From IMG/VR virus record IMGVR_UViG_3300020365_000001: a DNA stretch of 64,000 nucleotides; one strand, written 5' to 3'. Both the position numbers and the translations under genes were made by a program. Below the pieces are notes generated by a model that saw only the letters and a list, made by a program, of their open reading frames with translations, did not search any database and was not told the origin of the DNA. Every line of letters begins with the position of its first letter. Position 1 is the first letter of the stretch. Of the stretch, positions 9,694-17,607 are shown one piece after another. This DNA is from a virus (lineage: Duplodnaviria > Caudoviricetes).

Positions 9694-10339
9694 ATTTCTG
9701 AATGTATTGGATAAGTAGTTTCATGTATTTCATTTTATCATACTCTTCGTACACTTCCACCTCCCCGTTCTGACATGTCATGATGATGACAAGTTTCTTT
9801 ACAGGGATACCAGTACGTTCATAGAACATACATGCATAGGCAGATGCTTGTACGAAATAGTTTTCAATCCAATCCCGTGGTTTGGGTTTTTCTGCTGTCT
9901 TGAAATCAATGATTGCTAACTCAGGTTCGCCGTTCTCACCTGTGTATTCGGCAATACAGTCTACCGTTCCGGCGACCCCAAGTTCTTCACTATACAAGCT
10001 CTTTTCCAGAGCGTATATATTATTTATGTTTTGCAGGGTCTTTTTTGCCTGCTGAAACAACATCTTAGGACCAGGTTCCTTGAACTCAACCTCTTTGTTC
10101 AAGAGAAATGTTTCGATCAAGGTATGAGTTTTTGTGCCACGACTAGTGGCACGTTTAGTGATGCGGTTTGCCTCCGCTTCACCGACTTTCTTCCTCCACT
10201 TGACAAAGACTTCTTTGTTGTAGTGGGAAGTGACCGAGGTGATGGACACCATCGGTCTATCATTGACTGTGTAAAATCGAATCCCTTCAATATTCTTCCG
10301 GGCAAGTGCCGGAAGATCACATTCTACATGCTGAAACAT
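9659..10339 (-). CDS. PD-(D/E)xK exonuclease (RecB/Cas4-like)
   Basis: SITSV, RGTKTH, GVAGTVDCIAEY, IIDFKT, YFVQ..AY. Confidence 0.88.
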   Translation of the reverse strand: MFQHVECDLPALARKNIEGIRFYTVNDRPMVSITSVTSHYNKEVFVKWRKKVGEAEANRITKRATSRGTKTHTLIETFLLNKEVEFKEPGPKMLFQQAKKTLQNINNIYALEKSLYSEELGVAGTVDCIAEYTGENGEPELAIIDFKTAEKPKPRDWIENYFVQASAYACMFYERTGIPVKKLVIIMTCQNGEVEVYEEYDKMKYMKLLIQYIQKFVEEKINEFQN

Positions 10340-11094
10340 TACATACCAAGTTCAATTTTACTTGTGAGATAAGACTTGACCAGACCAGAGCGAACGATAT
10401 CGTTGATACCAAACTCAGTTAGTACGAACTCAGGCATACGCTGAACGATCTTCATGAAATCTAGGATCCCATTCTTCTCGTTAGTCTTGACCAAATCAGT
10501 TTGTGCTACGTCACCACAGAACATAATCTTACAGTTCTCACCAACCCTAGTAATAATACTATCGAGTTCGTGGAAGTTCAAGTTTTGAGACTCGTCCACA
10601 ATAATGATGGAGTCGTCAAGTGTAGTACCACGGATAAAACTAGTGGACCAGAAGGTGACGGACTCTTGTGTCTTCAGGTTACCCCAAAGCATTTCAAACT
10701 CATTGTCAGTAGGGAGTTCAAACATATACTTTACCATATTCTTATAAGGAATTTGGTAAAGAGCAGACTTATCTTCATGGTCTCCTGGCAGGAAACCAAT
10801 CTCGCGTGTAGAAACTAGTGAGCGAACCAGCACCACCTTATTGTAAGGAGTGAATGGATCCAATACCTCACGCAAAGCAAGATAAAGAGTGATGAATGTT
10901 TTGCCAGTGCCAGCAGCACCGTAAAGAAACAAGTTTTTACCCTCATTGTATGCATCAAAGACAACCTTCTGATTGTCAGTGATTGCATCGATAGGGACCA
11001 TCGCCTCTGAGTTGATGGGTTTCTTTCTTCGCATCTGTTTCGCTGTCATTCCAGCGCCGACTGATGACATGATCTTCTTACGACGTGCAGGCAT
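10339..11094 (-). CDS. phoH: PhoH-family ATPase
   Basis: GAAGTGKT, IGFLPG, RGTT, DESQN, GD..QTDL, DIVRSGLV. Confidence 0.96.
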   Translation of the reverse strand: MPARRKKIMSSVGAGMTAKQMRRKKPINSEAMVPIDAITDNQKVVFDAYNEGKNLFLYGAAGTGKTFITLYLALREVLDPFTPYNKVVLVRSLVSTREIGFLPGDHEDKSALYQIPYKNMVKYMFELPTDNEFEMLWGNLKTQESVTFWSTSFIRGTTLDDSIIIVDESQNLNFHELDSIITRVGENCKIMFCGDVAQTDLVKTNEKNGILDFMKIVQRMPEFVLTEFGINDIVRSGLVKSYLTSKIELGM

Positions 11095-11345
11095 TAGGCG
11101 TGTGTGGTTTTCTGGGGTTTGACTTTGGATCCGGGAACTTGTGCGACTTTAGACAGAACTTCGTTCCATCCACCATCTGTTCTGCTATAGACATCGCCAC
11201 ACCCACTAACGGCTGATGCGACGCCTTTAGACCAGTCTTTGTCCCAACCAGGATTGTCTTTCTTCCACTGATCATACTCAGCGACAGTCATGGACAATTC
11301 CTTTGTCTCACCAGTTTCTAAATTTTTTACAGGATAAATGGGCAT
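11094..11345 (-). CDS. Conserved small protein upstream of phoH (FmdB-like N-terminus without Cys)
   Basis: MPIYPVKNLETGE...GWNEVLSKV..VPGS. Confidence 0.75.
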   Translation of the reverse strand: MPIYPVKNLETGETKELSMTVAEYDQWKKDNPGWDKDWSKGVASAVSGCGDVYSRTDGGWNEVLSKVAQVPGSKVKPQKTTHA

Positions 11346-12136
11346 TAGGTTGTAATTGCCTTGCGTTTGGTTTTCTCTTGCAGTGCGGCACTGAACTTGA
11401 GTGGTCTAGCAGTACACATATTGCATACGCTTTCTGGAATTTTACTATTATTACAGAAATTTGTCAATTCATTGTCAGTGCAGTCAACTGGTAGTCCATC
11501 GACGAGATACTCTTGCCAATCTCTATCATCAGATTGTTCAGTCACATACAATAGTTCTTTTAGGAATGCCGTGTTAGGACACTTCCATAACTTACCATTG
11601 TATAGTTGTGTATTAGGACAGGAACATGCTTTGAAACTCTTATCAGGTTTGCCATGGTTGTAAGGATGTACCTTACCACCACTCTTCCTGATTGAGTTGA
11701 ACCAACGGTCCTTGCCAGTGTGATGTTCAGTTACAAGCACCTTAGGGTGATTGAATTTCTTGATCACATCTTCAACTAGATCAACATGGATACTGATTCT
11801 TAGATAAACCCGTGGGTTTTCTAAGCTTTCTTTGATCCACGCTTCATTCTGTAGGAGCAATAGACCATTGCTGTAGAGATAGACAGGAGAATTAGAGTGT
11901 GTTGTACATGCATCGAGGATCTCTTTGCAACGGGGATTCAATAGCGGTTCTCCACCAATGATAGAGATCCGATTTACATCTAACCGTGGAAGTATTGTAG
12001 CAATGTCTTGGAGTAATTGATCCGTATCTATTCTACTGCTAGGAGCAAAATAATTACTGAAATGATTACAACCTTTACACTGCAAGTTACATCCTATTGA
12101 AGCACTTACATCTAAGATGTCAAGTTTTGGTTTCAT
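11345..12136 (-). CDS. Radical SAM protein
   Basis: CNLQCKGC, IIGGEPLL, SNG; CSCP..LYNGKLWKCP and VCNMC. Confidence 0.88.
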   Translation of the reverse strand: MKPKLDILDVSASIGCNLQCKGCNHFSNYFAPSSRIDTDQLLQDIATILPRLDVNRISIIGGEPLLNPRCKEILDACTTHSNSPVYLYSNGLLLLQNEAWIKESLENPRVYLRISIHVDLVEDVIKKFNHPKVLVTEHHTGKDRWFNSIRKSGGKVHPYNHGKPDKSFKACSCPNTQLYNGKLWKCPNTAFLKELLYVTEQSDDRDWQEYLVDGLPVDCTDNELTNFCNNSKIPESVCNMCTARPLKFSAALQEKTKRKAITT

Positions 12137-12935
12137 AGTATGCTAGATACGCTGCTCCAATAGCGGTGCCTCCATCATGAGCAATGGGTTCCACATATAG
12201 ATTTATATGAGGGAACTTCTTCTTCATTTTGTAATTGGCAACACAGTTTAGAAAACACCCACCAGAAACTACTACATTATCTGATGTCCGCATCTCCAAA
12301 AGTTCTTCGTATCGTTGCTCCCACTGTAGTTGTGTGCTGAATGCAGGTTCATCATTGTATGCACTCATACCCATAACTTTACCAGCATCTCGGTGATCCC
12401 ACCCATAGACCAGAGCAGTCTCCTCAAACTGACGCCCACAACCTATACTATCCGGACCAAAGATCCTCTTGTGAGTGGTAGTAAAATTAGGTGCAGAGAA
12501 TATAGATTCTATCTCAAGTCCTTCGCTGGTCTTAGAACCATTGGAGTCCACTACAATACAGGATGCCTTACGAAACCCTGAGTTGTAGTATGCACAGGCA
12601 GCATGAGTCAGGTGATGATGCTTTCTATAATCATGGATCTTTGCATCAGGAAATTGTTTCTTGAACTTCATCAGGTCTTTGATGTTGTCCACCTTCTTAT
12701 TGCCACGCACCCAATGAGAGTCTGCTAATGCAATGTGACTTGCCTGTGGTAAGTATTTGATCAGGGTCTTGACCCGATGATCCCATTTCTTTCGCGTAAG
12801 TCTTTCTGCTTCCAGGTAAAATATTAGCTTGCCCTCATACAATGCACAGATAGATCCATTGTTAGATAGGTTGACCCCTATGACCAAATTTTTGCCGGAG
12901 TTTTTTTTCCGGTTCTCGGGAAATGAAAAGTTCAT
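12120..12935 (-). CDS. Carbamoyltransferase N-terminal (Kae1-like) domain, copy 2
   Basis: EAERLTRKK, HHLTHA, VVDSNG, AGKVMGMSAY, SGGCFLNCVAN, HDGGTAIGAA. Confidence 0.88.
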   Translation of the reverse strand: MNFSFPENRKKNSGKNLVIGVNLSNNGSICALYEGKLIFYLEAERLTRKKWDHRVKTLIKYLPQASHIALADSHWVRGNKKVDNIKDLMKFKKQFPDAKIHDYRKHHHLTHAACAYYNSGFRKASCIVVDSNGSKTSEGLEIESIFSAPNFTTTHKRIFGPDSIGCGRQFEETALVYGWDHRDAGKVMGMSAYNDEPAFSTQLQWEQRYEELLEMRTSDNVVVSGGCFLNCVANYKMKKKFPHINLYVEPIAHDGGTAIGAAYLAYYETKT

Positions 12936-12938
12936 TTT
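12885..12938. repeat. 54-bp A/T-tract element, copy B
   Basis: Ungapped 40/54 identity to 5281-5334. Confidence 0.6.
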
Positions 12939-13528
12939 GAAATGAGTCGCCCGATCTCAGGGAAATAAAGATAAGGTATCTCTGACCCATGGAAGGTTTC
13001 CATTGCATCCTCAGGTGACTCGACTAGAGGTTGACCTGCTAGGTTGAATGAAGTATTGAATAGCATAGGCACACCGGTACTCTTATGGAATGCCTGAATT
13101 AGATCGTAGTAGTGACGATTCTGCCGACCAGTTACCGTCTGGATGCGACAGGTCTTGTCTACGTGCAGCACACCTGGTATCTTATCCCATTGATGAGGCC
13201 AACAGTCCATGGCATACATCATGTGCGGAGACTCCTTCAGTCCTGCCATGTCAAACCAATCGTTTGCATGCTCAAGCATCACACTTGCAGCAAAGGGTCT
13301 GAAATGTTCCCGCTTCTTTATCGTATTGATCTTTGCCTTGGCGTTAGGGTCACGTGGATCATAGAGTAATGATCTGTTGCCAAGTGCACGTGGTCCTGCC
13401 TCAGACCTACCCTGAAAGATTGCAACAGGGTTCTGATTCATCAGCAGGTCTACAACATCTTGCAGACTTACTTCATCACCCTTGATGTGGTTCAGAGTAT
13501 AAACAGGTCCCAAATAGAGTGTCTTCAT
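12932..13528 (-). CDS. Carbamoyltransferase C-terminal (YrdC-like) domain
   Basis: QGRSEAGPRALGNRS, KKREHFRPFA, HVDKTCRIQTV, NTSFNLAGQPLV. Confidence 0.92.
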   Translation of the reverse strand: MKTLYLGPVYTLNHIKGDEVSLQDVVDLLMNQNPVAIFQGRSEAGPRALGNRSLLYDPRDPNAKAKINTIKKREHFRPFAASVMLEHANDWFDMAGLKESPHMMYAMDCWPHQWDKIPGVLHVDKTCRIQTVTGRQNRHYYDLIQAFHKSTGVPMLFNTSFNLAGQPLVESPEDAMETFHGSEIPYLYFPEIGRLISK

Positions 13529-14504
13529 GATGTTCTAGTAACGCTGAACCAATGGAGAGACCTCCATCATAAGAAAGAGGATCGACATAAAGATTTATGT
13601 CTAGTTCTTTCATGATTTTGTAGTTAGCAACACAGTTGAGGAAAAATCCTCCACTAACTACGACGTTTGTTTTTCCGGTTGCAGTGACTGCTTTCTGAAT
13701 GATGCGTAGAGCATGTTGTTCAGCAGATATCTGTAACCGATGTGCCAATTCTATTTTAGTACATTCTGGACCGGTGTATGCGGTACTGTGTGCTTCTGCA
13801 TACAACTCCTTGCTGCATACACTATGGTTGTACTCGACGTTGAATAGATCAGGTTCCTGTTTGGTCTCACAGTATGGTGCCAGACCCATAGTCTTACCTG
13901 CCTCTCGTTCATCAAACCCACAGAAGCGTGACACCCTACGGTACGCTTGACCCACACTGGTGCGGTCACTATAGAAATGATTACCCTCCCAGTAGGGTTC
14001 CTTCAGTTTTGCACACTCATCTTCACTCCAGAAAGTTGAGTAGTGTTTGAAGACAGGAATGAATCCTTGCTTGTCATGCACAAAGATACTCTCAACCTCA
14101 CAGAAGTTCAGTCCATCTTTGACTACATTGGATCCCTTCCCATCCATCACCACACATACAGCATCATCAAACCCTGAGTTGTAAAAAGCACTGGCAGCAT
14201 GACACTCATGATGCCTAGTGCGGTAGTCTACGATGGGGATGCCTAGATCCTTTACAATTCTAGTCAGATTATTTTTCTGCTTGAGTCGTAGGATAAACTT
14301 CTCTGGATAGTATCTGGTATAGCAGTCACAGATAGTAACCTTGTCAATGCTAGAGTCCAGATACTTTTTTGCTACTTGAATAGCAGATCGATCACGTTTG
14401 ATCTTACTCAGTCTTTCTTCTTCCAGATAGAAGAGAACCTCACCGTCTTCTACGATAGCAAGTGATCCATTGTGTGATAAATTTATTCCACAGATTCTTG
14501 CCAT
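13476..14504 (-). CDS. Carbamoyltransferase N-terminal (Kae1-like) domain, copy 1
   Basis: HNGS, EEERLSKIK, HHECHA, MDGKG, AGKTMGLAPY, SGGFFLNCVAN, DGG.SIG. Confidence 0.9.
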   Translation of the reverse strand: MARICGINLSHNGSLAIVEDGEVLFYLEEERLSKIKRDRSAIQVAKKYLDSSIDKVTICDCYTRYYPEKFILRLKQKNNLTRIVKDLGIPIVDYRTRHHECHAASAFYNSGFDDAVCVVMDGKGSNVVKDGLNFCEVESIFVHDKQGFIPVFKHYSTFWSEDECAKLKEPYWEGNHFYSDRTSVGQAYRRVSRFCGFDEREAGKTMGLAPYCETKQEPDLFNVEYNHSVCSKELYAEAHSTAYTGPECTKIELAHRLQISAEQHALRIIQKAVTATGKTNVVVSGGFFLNCVANYKIMKELDINLYVDPLSYDGGLSIGSALLEHHEDTLFGTCLYSEPHQG

Positions 14505-15136
14505 TCCAATGCTTCACTCACCGATGGATACTGTTCAATGAAGATCTCCTTACATGCTTCGGCAACCTCCATGTGTTCTTTCTGTGTGCCGTTGGCAGTT
14601 CTCAAATTGATGTAGTGGATCCACGACCTACATGAACCTGTCATGTAGATTCTGGTGGGCGTGCATAATGGGAGCACATTTCTTGCACACTCCTTTGCCA
14701 CACCACGCTCAAGCATCTGTTGATACAGTGCCATGGAAGAATCAAACAGAGTTTGCATCTGCAACTCTAGATTCTGGACTACGAATGGATCAAGATCATC
14801 AATAGAATTCTGACGATTCTTGTCATCCTGACGACGCAGTTCAGGAATAGGAATAGAATCTCTCAGCAGACTAGAGTCTGCATAGCGTTGTGAAAACTCT
14901 TGGAAAGTAAAACTACGATGCCTCAGTATTTGAGCTGCGATAGCACGGGTAGTATTGATTTCCAGAGTCATAGTGGATTGCTCAAACACAGACCAGTGGT
15001 TGTGCTTGATACAGTAGCGGAGCAACCCAGCATACTTTTCGTTCTCTTGATTAGAAGGGTTGCTCACGCGAGCAATGTACGCCATCATCTGCTCAGCGTC
15101 AGGCGTATTGCTTACCAGTTTTACAGTTGGTTTCAT
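14483..15136 (-). CDS. thyX: Flavin-dependent thymidylate synthase
   Basis: HWSVFE, QILRHRSFTFQEFSQRY, AKECAR.VLP, TQKEH; start 15136 or 15163. Confidence 0.96.
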   Translation of the reverse strand: MKPTVKLVSNTPDAEQMMAYIARVSNPSNQENEKYAGLLRYCIKHNHWSVFEQSTMTLEINTTRAIAAQILRHRSFTFQEFSQRYADSSLLRDSIPIPELRRQDDKNRQNSIDDLDPFVVQNLELQMQTLFDSSMALYQQMLERGVAKECARNVLPLCTPTRIYMTGSCRSWIHYINLRTANGTQKEHMEVAEACKEIFIEQYPSVSEALEWQESVE

Positions 15137-15159
15137 AGATCTTCGTACTGCCAGCGGCG

Positions 15160-15312
15160 TCATGGACCTTCGTAGGTTTCGTCGTAGTCTAACTCAACAG
15201 GGTCGCATTCGTCAAATCGATACGACTCAACGTCGGAGTAGACTTCTGCTTTCAATGCACTAAGCAGCATCTCTAGGTCAGAGATAATAATCTTTAGTTT
15301 GTCTCGTTCCAT
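15160..15312 (-). CDS. 50-aa acidic conserved cyanophage protein
   Basis: Read manually: MERDKLKIIISDLEMLLSALKAEVYSDVESYRFDECDPVELDYDETYEGP. Confidence 0.7.
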   Translation of the reverse strand: MERDKLKIIISDLEMLLSALKAEVYSDVESYRFDECDPVELDYDETYEGP

Positions 15313-15318
15313 ACGTAT

Positions 15319-15347
15319 AGCATAAGATAAAAAAAGAGAGGTGTCAA
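15319..15347 (-). promoter_or_regulatory. sigma70-type promoter overlapping a terminator
   Basis: TTGACA-17nt-TATGCT; the next ATG is 6 nt past the -10. Confidence 0.6.
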
Positions 15348-15357
15348 GACCTCTCTT
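15329..15357 (-). terminator. Intrinsic terminator after the DUF4278 gene
   Basis: AGAGAGGT-CTTGAC-ACCTCTCT followed by a T-run. Confidence 0.8.
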
Positions 15358-15365
15358 AGTATGAC

Positions 15366-15509
15366 TCAGGATTGAGAAGCGAACTTGCGTTCTACCTTGA
15401 CTCCACGATACATGAGGTCATGGTTGTTACGCTGGTCACGTTCTTGAAGAACCTTTGCCTTGTAACCTTCAGCGTCATACTTGACGCCGCGATAAGTGAT
15501 GGTAGTCAT
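15366..15509 (-). CDS. DUF4278-family peptide (two YRG motifs)
   Basis: Read manually: MTTITYRGVKYDAEGYKAKVLQERDQRNNHDLMYRGVKVERKFASQS; SD AGGAG upstream. Confidence 0.85.
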   Translation of the reverse strand: MTTITYRGVKYDAEGYKAKVLQERDQRNNHDLMYRGVKVERKFASQS

Positions 15510-15543
15510 CAGTCTTACTCCTAAAGTAATTGGATTTTTAGGC

Positions 15544-15784
15544 CCGTTCCTTTAGTCGTTTGCGTCCCAAGGACATTCAGGAGTTGCATCCTGAATAGTC
15601 TCGACTAACTCAACTTTGATTTCATTCTTCAGGTACATATCTTTTTGAACTCTGAGGATGATAGCATCCGCATCTTCGCAAAGTATACCCGAGTAAAGTA
15701 GTAGTTCCGCCATGGGATGAACGGCTCCGTTCCGCGACTTACTTGCGTCCAGGCATGGGATATGAAGTCCCTTCTGGATGAACG
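15544..15784 (-). ncRNA. Tandem glutamine riboswitch (glnA/Downstream-peptide family)
   Basis: Two units CGTTCATCC...GGACGCAA...GGAACG (15727-15784 and 15544-15724) with P1 and P2 pairing; lies upstream of DUF4278. Confidence 0.8.
15552..15713 (-). CDS. 53-aa ORF embedded in the second riboswitch aptamer
   Basis: MAELLLYSGILCEDADAIILRVQKDMYLKNEIKVELVETIQDATPECPWDAND; its start and stop coincide with aptamer elements. Confidence 0.6.
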   Translation of the reverse strand: MAELLLYSGILCEDADAIILRVQKDMYLKNEIKVELVETIQDATPECPWDAND

Positions 15785-15791
15785 TATGGTA

Positions 15792-15819
15792 ATTATACCA
15801 CACTATGTATGTCTGTCAA
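15792..15819 (-). promoter_or_regulatory. sigma70 promoter for the riboswitch/DUF4278 transcript
   Basis: TTGACA-16nt-TATAAT with extended TGn; predicted +1 falls at the 5' end of aptamer 1. Confidence 0.8.
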
Positions 15820-16928
15820 CTTCTACACCGCTTAGTACCACAGTAGTCTGCACAGATATGGGGTTTCTTATCCCATGAATCCACTAGAGTATGCTGGAAG
15901 AAAGGAGTCTGCAATACTTCTTCCAGACTGTGGTGCTGTAAGCATATAGATTTGATACCACCCTGGTTTTCGATCAGTGGTATAACATTATCCCAGAATA
16001 CTTTCTGCATATACTCAGCACCCACACCTTTGTTTGGGTTCTTGATGTCCCTGAACTCTGCGGGAGCATCGATGTCATCATGGACATAGAACTGTGGGTA
16101 GAAGAACCTTAGACGTGACTGGTGGAAGCAGCAGGCATGAACCACACCCCGACTATCAATCCTCAGTTGTCCTGGTTTACCACGCTGGTGTTTATATCTA
16201 CAGTCAACAGGACTGTCATCAGCAACAGGATTGTTTTTGAATACGTGAGCAGGATCAGAAACTACTTCTAGTTTTCTGACTGTGCCTTTGTATTCGTAAG
16301 TGAACGTACCATCTCCCTTACCACTAGCATCATACATATCATTGACCTTCGTGTGTTGAAAGTCTTTGAACTTCATCAACCTACTGAGTGTTCTGCAACG
16401 TTTAGTCTGATGCTCATTGTGTTTGAAGACTAGCATCCTCCACACAGCAGGTCCACCAGCGGCAATGAATGCTCTAGCACTACTGATTACTTTGTTGTAG
16501 TCTACACCTACCCTATACTGTTGTATGGTATCTTCTAACCCATCGATAGAGAAGATAAGAAAAGAATCTTTATGCGATGCTCCCATGAGGGCACCAAGTT
16601 TACCCCAAAACTCTTGGTCTCGGGTGCCTCCATTAGTACTCATCTGGAAAATGATATTCCTATTCACATTCAGAGTGTAGGAATATATTTCTAGCAGGTC
16701 CTCACACAATGTTGGTTCACCAAAAGACCCTTGGAAGTACATCATCTCTGTCTTCCTAAGGGTCTCTGGTGGGAACCACTCCTTCCACTGCTCAATGCTA
16801 ATGGAAGAACGATTCATTGATGGGTCCGGTTTCAACACCGCTACCTCATCGTTATAAGATGTCTTGTGCCTGGCACACAGAGGACACTTGGAGTTACAAT
16901 GATCAGTTAGATCAATGAGAAACTTCAC
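15816..16928 (-). CDS. Radical SAM protein with SPASM/twitch-like C-terminus
   Basis: CNSKCPLC, FGEP, STNG, FSIDG, VFKHNEHQ, G.VHACC, C-terminal ICADYC. Confidence 0.88.
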   Translation of the reverse strand: MKFLIDLTDHCNSKCPLCARHKTSYNDEVAVLKPDPSMNRSSISIEQWKEWFPPETLRKTEMMYFQGSFGEPTLCEDLLEIYSYTLNVNRNIIFQMSTNGGTRDQEFWGKLGALMGASHKDSFLIFSIDGLEDTIQQYRVGVDYNKVISSARAFIAAGGPAVWRMLVFKHNEHQTKRCRTLSRLMKFKDFQHTKVNDMYDASGKGDGTFTYEYKGTVRKLEVVSDPAHVFKNNPVADDSPVDCRYKHQRGKPGQLRIDSRGVVHACCFHQSRLRFFYPQFYVHDDIDAPAEFRDIKNPNKGVGAEYMQKVFWDNVIPLIENQGGIKSICLQHHSLEEVLQTPFFQHTLVDSWDKKPHICADYCGTKRCRS

Positions 16929-17374
16929 TTATCACGCCAGTGGATCTCAGGGTATGCTTTCTCTACAACACTGCGGGTGATGCGATACTTGCTTTGCAGC
17001 ATACCGTCCTTGACCAGACAGATAATCTCTGCCTCATCAGCATGAAGACTCTCCAGGAGTTGGACTAGCATAGTCTCACGCTTCATCTGTGACAGGCGAT
17101 CGTTGCCACCACGGATGAAGTTATAAAGGGTGCGCCACTCACTGACGAGACGTGTGTGACCCACTGCATTAGCAGGAGTATCGTTTACCTTGTAAGGTAC
17201 AGGTCCTTCTGGGATAGCACTGAAGATCTTCTTATCAAAGTTCCAGATCAACACTGCCTTTACATCATCCCGCTTATTGTTTGACAGGATCTCTACCTTT
17301 TTGTCAACCGTCTTAGCACCGTGAACTGCTTTGAACAACTCAGATACAAGAGGATTATCAGGAAGTTTTGCCAT
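16925..17374 (-). CDS. Conserved T4-like cyanophage hypothetical protein
   Basis: LIWNFD...IPEGPVPY...KRETMLVQLLESLH.DEAE. Confidence 0.8.
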   Translation of the reverse strand: MAKLPDNPLVSELFKAVHGAKTVDKKVEILSNNKRDDVKAVLIWNFDKKIFSAIPEGPVPYKVNDTPANAVGHTRLVSEWRTLYNFIRGGNDRLSQMKRETMLVQLLESLHADEAEIICLVKDGMLQSKYRITRSVVEKAYPEIHWRDK

Positions 17375-17376
17375 AG

Positions 17377-17607
17377 TTAGTCTTCAAATTCATCTAAATG
17401 TGGAGTGTCACCCTCAAATCGAAAGGAGATAAGTGACTCAGCAATCGGATTGCCGTTCTCGTCAAACATCTCGGGGTGTGTGTACTGTGGGGTTACATCA
17501 TGGATGTATGCCCGAACTAGGTAACCAATTACTAGTCCTAAACCAACGGTCTGTAGTAGGATGACGACACCCATGACTACAAAAACGACTGTGGAATCAA
17601 GAGACAT
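17377..17607 (-). CDS. Small membrane protein (HPEMFDENG family)
   Basis: N-terminal TM helix plus conserved motif. Confidence 0.7.
   Translation of the reverse strand: MSLDSTVVFVVMGVVILLQTVGLGLVIGYLVRAYIHDVTPQYTHPEMFDENGNPIAESLISFRFEGDTPHLDEFED

Noticed and set aside
9659-10339. Cas4-like nuclease as a sign of a CRISPR system
   Set aside because: It is the usual cyanomyophage exonuclease beside phoH; no repeat-spacer array or other cas genes were seen.
12120-14504. Carbamoyltransferase pieces as pseudogene fragments
   Set aside because: Each piece is a whole domain with intact motifs and coupled starts; only the N1/C junction needs a read check.
15714-15803. 83-aa version of the ORF ending at 15552
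   Set aside because: Its GTG lies inside the promoter, upstream of the predicted TSS; ATG 15713 is preferred.
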